This document shows, one piece after another, positions 58,381 through 64,000 of a DNA stretch of 64,000 nucleotides (the stretch's first letter is position 1; every line of letters begins with the position of its first letter). A program made the position numbers and the translations under genes. Under the pieces are notes generated by a model. That model had not been told where the DNA came from. It searched no databases and worked only from the letters and a program-made list of their open reading frames with translations. Source of the DNA: Dudresnaya verticillata (taxonomy: Eukaryota); the NCBI GenBank assembly GCA_977862235.1, contig OZ374557.1:1922001-1986000 (forward strand). The letters are read 5' to 3'.

Positions 58381-58731
58381 ACTGCTGCATAGCAATGTAC
58401 GCCAGCACACAACAGTGCACCCAAGACCGACATGGGTACACGTGAACACATCCCACAACGGTTCAGGCCACACTAGATGCATTTCCACCGTTTCGGATGC
58501 CGAATCGCACTTCACAACAGCTAACACGCGCTTCCGATCGCTGAAGCAACTCCCCAGCTCGTTACAATTGTAACAACATTTCAAGTCTCTGCAATTCAAG
58601 ATGCCGCTCACCCGTGCCCAGTTCAATACACCGTCGATATCTCGTTCGAACTCTGTATACTAGAATGATCGTCGGGTCAGGTAGAAGGGTAGAAACCCCC
58701 AGAATACTGTCCCATACTCACTAATAGCTTT

Positions 58732-59493
58732 TGTAGTGCAAAGATATTGCCCCTTTTCGTGTTACCACATGATCAGCGCGTTACTCGCGAAGGCGTACAC
58801 ACGTGTGCTCGTTAGGTAGCACACGTGGCCACGCCGGCCCACTTCGGATGTGCGCAGCCCATTCTGGGCCTGCCCGCGCGCGCTCCTATTATTTACATTT
58901 CCCTTTACAGTATTCGACACCCAGTGTACACTAGGTACATTGAGGTGTCAGTGTTAGTTTATTTTGGGTAGTCTATGGTAGCCCTAGCTATCCTACCGCC
59001 GTGGCCAGGGACTTAAGGCGAGTAGCGCCGGCCACCCTCAGTAAACCAACCTGAAGCATGGGCTCTGCAGCTGAGTTCCCCCGCGCCTGACCCACGAGCT
59101 CGTTGCTCGGCGTCACCGCGGGCTAAGGCTAGCGCAACCCGTACCAACCGCCTGCCCGACGCTCCCTCCGCGAACCTCCCTGCTGCTCCTCCCCGCGCCG
59201 CGCTCGGCTCCCTTCATTTCCCCGTTTCTACCTCTCCAGCACACCCCTTCCGATCCTCCCCTTATCCCTTCATCCTCCCTTCACCTTTGGCGTCTACGCC
59301 CCTACACTGGTGTTTACACCTACTTTTGGCGCCCACGCCCACACACAACCCGACTGTGTTTACAGTCCGCCGCCGGATTGCTTCCTAGCTCTACCACCGC
59401 GTTTACGCGATACTCACGCGTGATCGCGCAGCTACCCTCCCAAGCCCGAACTCTCGGGGGTGTTCTACAGCCGCGTACGGCCATTGCACCATA
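58732..59493 (+). repeat. 5' LTR of element G (762 bp)
   Basis: Ends TGTAGTGCAA...TTGCACCATA, carries the shared U5 motifs and is followed by a PBS. Confidence 0.78.
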
Positions 59494-59495
59494 TC

Positions 59496-59513
59496 TGGTC
59501 TCCCGACCTAGAA
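59496..59513 (+). promoter_or_regulatory. PBS of element G (TGGTCTCCCGACCTAGAA)
   Basis: 2 nt after the LTR end. Confidence 0.9.
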
Positions 59514-59573
59514 GGTGTTTGGCGAAATCGCCCTTTGTTTGAAGTTCACTTCATTTCTAGTGGTTAACCACAA

Positions 59574-61405
59574 TTGATGGACCTGTCTTCGCGAGAAGAC
59601 AGTTGCCACGTTAAGGGGATTACCTCAGATTCTATGGGCTCAACCCCATCTTATGCAGATCACCGCCTAGCCGATTGGCTGGATGTTTCCCGGCGGCGGC
59701 AAGGGAGGTTATTGACTTTGGTCGCCCCTACCTCGGAAACGGGCTGGTCCGCGCCCATGAGAGAGTCTGAGACCCTCGCGGTACCATCGAGAACTTCCTC
59801 ATGGTGTTCAGACACCTCTTTGGAGACGTTTGCGTCAGGCGGGTCGTTCACCGACAACTCCAGCAGGTGCTTTACACCATCCGAGTCAACCGACTCATCA
59901 CTGAGGTCAGCCTCCTGCTCGTCCACGAGGACATCCACGTCGCCGGACCTTCCCAACCCCTGGTCCGACGACGATAACGAGTCAAGCCCGATAGCCTCCC
60001 GACGCAGTGCTGGGTCTCGCGACCCGCACAATACGACGCGGGTTGCAGAGGATCACCTCCTGGCAACCGAACGGGATTACCCGACTTATTCTGTTGACAG
60101 GCTCACATTCGCTCTGTCGCGGGGAAAAGGAGACGCAAGTACCCCAGCAACTGCGAGAAGGAGAAGAGCTCCAGAATCAGGGGATTACCCCAGCAAGCGT
60201 AAAAAGGTTTCCATTGCACAACCTTTGGAGATCGGTCGCTCCCGAAGGATGGAAGCCGCCTTCCCCGCACGCAAAAATGAGGAAAGCCTCCAGTTCCGTC
60301 TGCTGACACGCAGGGACGCTAGCAGTTCAGCTGCATTGGCCAGGGACTACTCCCTGCGTCGGCCTTGGAGACGTTCTCCGGTCGACGCGACGGGATGCAT
60401 TCGCATCCTACAGGGGCGTAATCCCACAATATATGCCGACCTCGGCCTTACGAAGTCGTCCATGGGGCGCTTCGTCTCGGTGTTAGACACTTGTGCAGCC
60501 CCAAACTTCATTCGAAGTTCGGATCTGCAACGGGTAGTCCCGAATAATGGGTCCCCGCAAGAGGACCCAGTGCGGTTTGGACCGCTGGCGGATATCCGCA
60601 ATCAATGTGGACGACCACTGGATACGCGGGGCATCGTTCCACTTCTCGTTGCTGTCGGCGATGCCCAGGTGGAAGCTGACTTCATCGTTGTAGGAATCTC
60701 TCCGTGCCCGCCGTTCTCGGCGCAGGCTTTTGTGACCTGCACATTGAGGCCATTCTGCCCGCGCAAAGATGCGTGGAACTGGCCTCCGGGCTTACGCTCC
60801 CCATCGTTCGCAAGATGCGTGGACGCACGCGCAGGGGACCGCCCCTTCCGGAATCTTTGGAGTTCACTCCGCTTCGTGGGCGCATGTCGCCAAAGGTGCG
60901 CGTCACCCGCCCAGTCTGGTTGCTTCCGCAATCGACGACTTGGGTTGAGGTCATGACCAAGCGTCATGGGCTCCAGATGCTTACACCCCATCCCCGGCTC
61001 GACCGCGACCATTTGTGCTCTGCTGAGCCCGGCTTGGTTCAGGTTGAGCTATGGGTTCCATTCATGGTGCTTGTCACCAACTTCGGCACTTGCCGGCAGA
61101 GGCTTTCTCCTCAGCAAGTCGTGGGCACGCTGGCCCCTCATCCGAGCAAGCGCTTGGATGTGGGGCGCTCGCTCGTGGACCCTTTCGACGAAATGGGATT
61201 ACCCAGCGTTCGAGTTATCTCGCGTGGCGGGTCGGCCCTCGACGGGTTCGATTACCGGAATGTCGGAGTAGAGTCACCACTAGGCTTGGGCCTTCAACAA
61301 GACCAGCTTTACGCGTTAACGCGATATCACGATGGGCTCACCCAATTGAAAAGCGATCATGCTACTGTGTCCTCTTCGGCGTCTGCCCCCACTGACAAAG
61401 TATGA
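59574..61405 (+). pseudogene. Element G ORF: Ser-rich leader fused to a C-like protease and post-protease domain; no capsid or RT
   Basis: IYADLG...VLDTCAAPNFIR and PAVLGAGFCD...SPKVRV...FMVLVTNF align with the PR region of element C. Confidence 0.78.
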
Positions 61406-61423
61406 GGACTCGCCTTAGGGATT

Positions 61424-62137
61424 GTGGATCACCACTTCAAGTCTTCCGAACCGAGCACGCGTTCGGAAGCATCGCGGTCAACCGCAGTGAATAGGGGAAC
61501 CTCCCCTCCTGCATACGCGCAAGTCGCACGGGCGGGTGAGATTGGGCAGGCATCCCCCCTCGAGAAGGCCTGCCACTCCGCCCCGCAGCCACCCGGACCA
61601 CCGGCTGAAGAAACGGGATATCCCGATAGGAATTTGGGCGTTAGAACACTCGCACCTTCCGAAATACGGGATAGCCCGACGACGCTTGGGATTGCCTACT
61701 CATACGCAAGCCGCGCGGTAATTCCGAGTGATGCGGTGCGCGCGGCCGATGCGTATGGCGCTGCTGATATGGAGTTGACTCCTAAGAATGCGTATGCATC
61801 ATTGGGGATCACCCCTTCTCCTGCTCGAGCGGTGGGCCAAGTTGACTTGTGGCACCGCGTGCTCGAGCAGGTTGGTTGCCGAGGAACGGCCGTCCCGGGA
61901 CTTAGACGTGAATTCACGCAAACAAAGCCCGGACCGGAGGCTGGGTACTGTACGCCACACTTCGGGCTGGGATTGGCCGCCGCTATGGTGCAAAATAATT
62001 TTGGCCAATCAGGTGCCAGAATTTGGCAGCGGCCTCCCCTGAACCCAGGGAGTGTTTCCAGTCTTGCGTCTTCGACGCAAAGTCGAGTGGCGACTAAGTC
62101 CCCGACGGGTTATCCCGAAAACCGATCTCCGGCCTAA
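61424..62137 (+). CDS. Unassigned 237-codon ORF downstream of the G protease
   Basis: Open frame only, with a GTG start and no recognisable motif. Confidence 0.25.
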   Translation: MDHHFKSSEPSTRSEASRSTAVNRGTSPPAYAQVARAGEIGQASPLEKACHSAPQPPGPPAEETGYPDRNLGVRTLAPSEIRDSPTTLGIAYSYASRAVIPSDAVRAADAYGAADMELTPKNAYASLGITPSPARAVGQVDLWHRVLEQVGCRGTAVPGLRREFTQTKPGPEAGYCTPHFGLGLAAAMVQNNFGQSGARIWQRPPLNPGSVSSLASSTQSRVATKSPTGYPENRSPA

Positions 62138-62907
62138 CAGCCCGTAGCCGAACACGGCCAGATCAGGGGACATCCCCAGTGGGTGTGGAACATCCTCCAG
62201 CAGGCCAATTCGGGAACCCACTTGTGGTTACCGAATAGCGTGTGAGTTTCCGCACCTCCTTCGGGTTGACCCGCCAGCGGTGTTACCACCTCAGGATATT
62301 GAGTCCGAATGGGGTCCTCCCCAGGCTCCCCAGACCTCGCCCTACGCGAGGGCGGAAACCAATAGGCGAAATCGCCACGCATTGGGGATGACCTCTTTTG
62401 GTTCCCCAACTTGGGCTATTCCCGTCAACATTCTGGCTCCAAACCCAGTACTGGTGGCACCGTTGCGACTTGGGCGCTCACGCCATTGCTGGTCGCGAAA
62501 ATCGCGTTTGGGGTACTTTGCAGTGCCCCGAGACGAGTTAGCTCGATTCTGGGCGCGCAGGGGACTAGCAATATACCCGTCCTCGTTCCCCTTCACGCGC
62601 CCAGGGTTTAGTTGGGTTTGACCCGACTGGGTCATAGCGGTCCTGACGCGGTATGAAGGGTTTGCATCGCCTGTGGCACCAGGGACGTTCTACTGGCGAG
62701 TTAAGGTGAAGGCACCAGGGGAATGACGTGCACCGTCTTCAAAACGCGTGAAGGCGAGAAAATGGTGAATGCACCTATTGCGCGGGCGGTGCGTCCGTCT
62801 ACTGCACGCACCCCCGCAATATTAACGTGTTCACACGAGCTGCACCGTGTGGTGCAATCCACTTGGTAGAATCGAGGATGCACCTCAGGCGGCTCGGGGG
62901 CCTGGCG

Positions 62908-64000
62908 GTAGCAGGTGAGGTAGTAGCGGTAGAGCAGGGGAGTAGCCCCGTAGTGCGACTGTAAAACACTACAAGACCGAGAAAGGGGGTTACCCTAGAA
63001 AGAAAGAGAAAACAAAGAAAAAATAAGAGAAAAACAGGATTCTGTACGATGAAGAAGGGTAGTGGATGTACTGGAGTCCAGCCTAGAGAGGGAGTCGATA
63101 GGGTAGGAGGGTACGTCTCACTGGGCCCAAGCTTGGCCGTTTACTGTACGAGGGCGCACCTCAGGGCCCTAATATACTATGTAGGAGGCGGGTGCGCCTT
63201 GGTGGCGGATTAAGGTAGTGGAAGGGGGGCGCGCCACTTGGCATTACGTGGCGTGGGCAAGTCTATAATTATCTACTAAAATATCAACTGTCAGCCTGTT
63301 GGTAGTGTGGCTTGACAGTGTGCGTGTACGCGTTGTCGCCTTGCGGGGCCATCCTTGCTGGCAGGGGGCGTCGGGCACTGTCAGGCCGGGTGCCTTACAG
63401 GGGCACTTCCCCAGTGTCATTGCTGGTGTATACGCGTGGTGCCAGAGCTTATTACAGGAATTGGCTCTAAGCTCAGACATCCGCACAGCGGTTGATCCGC
63501 AGGAACCGGCCACTGGGCGTCCGTCGTCCGCAGTCGCGTGAGCCGCGGGTACGGCATTATGAAGAATTCTTCAGAAGGGCGCGAAGGCGATTTGCGCCAC
63601 ATCTCCCCCCCGTTAAGCGGCGAGTACTCGCACGAGCCCACACGAGCAGACCCACCCTTCGCAGGTCGGAGCTCCGGTGCCTGTTTCCGGCGCTACTGCG
63701 GTGGCAGCGTGTTTTTTTGCGGAGTCCCGCGTGTCGGCCCCGTTACACGGCATCCTACGTCGGGCAATGCCGCCGAACGTCTCACTGGCGGAGCTAGACC
63801 GCGTGCTTTTGCGCGCCCCGCAGACATCTCCATCTTATCCAACACCAGCCGAGTTTGAAGGCAAGACGCCTTGGCGCGACCTTATTGAGTTCGCGAACGC
63901 CCCGTGGATGTTCCACAATAATTTTGGGAACCATGCTCTCATCGAGCAGTATGTCTCGGAAGACGGCTTCCTTCCTGGGAAGCTTCCCCTGCGCGTATTA
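62908..64000 (-). mobile_element. 3' end of Gypsy element H: 3' LTR (about 62908-63601), PPT (63602-63611) and 3' internal region running off the window
   Basis: The LTR is homologous to 46553-47271. On the minus strand GGGGGGGAGA directly precedes TGTGGCGC. Confidence 0.85.
63767..64000 (+). pseudogene. Start of the antisense extra ORF of element H (partial, one frameshift)
   Basis: My translation, SYPTPAEFEGKTPWRDLIEFANAPW / LIEQYVSEDGFLPGKLPLRV, matches the N-terminus of the C antisense ORF. Confidence 0.72.

Noticed and set aside
62009..62409. Weak resemblance of minus-strand peptides (NHKWVP, HPLG) to the B antisense ORF (NNKWFP, HPVG)
   Set aside because: The matches are too short, lie in different frames and lack the conserved core blocks.
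1..64000. Numerous short ORFs overlapping gag, pol and LTRs on either strand
   Set aside because: These are expected shadow ORFs in GC-rich TE DNA, with no independent motif or conservation.

Overview
This is eukaryotic, transposon-dense DNA. The style of the elements and the intronless host gene suggest a red-algal-type genome, but that is inference only. The window is mostly nested, degenerate Ty3/Gypsy LTR retrotransposons, which I label A, B, C, D, E, G and H, plus solo and partial LTRs. B and C have chromodomain integrases. There is one apparently intact host gene, encoding a protein with two clear and one degenerate homeodomain (20434-22155). A 21.7-kb PIF/Harbinger DNA transposon (22330-44049; 30-bp TIRs, TGA TSD) contains a solo LTR and the full element C. 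Removing these insertions gives a ~7.6-kb element with a SAP/Myb-like ORF, a decayed transposase and two cargo ORFs. Three signals stand out. (1) A conserved antisense extra ORF of unknown function lies between integrase and the 3' LTR in at least three LTR families with dissimilar LTRs. (2) These families share a tRNA-Tyr-like PBS, and their U5 regions carry motifs complementary to a tRNA-Tyr anticodon arm and D-loop, suggesting extended primer pairing. (3) The Harbinger element carries cargo genes. All alignments were done by eye and no database searches were run.
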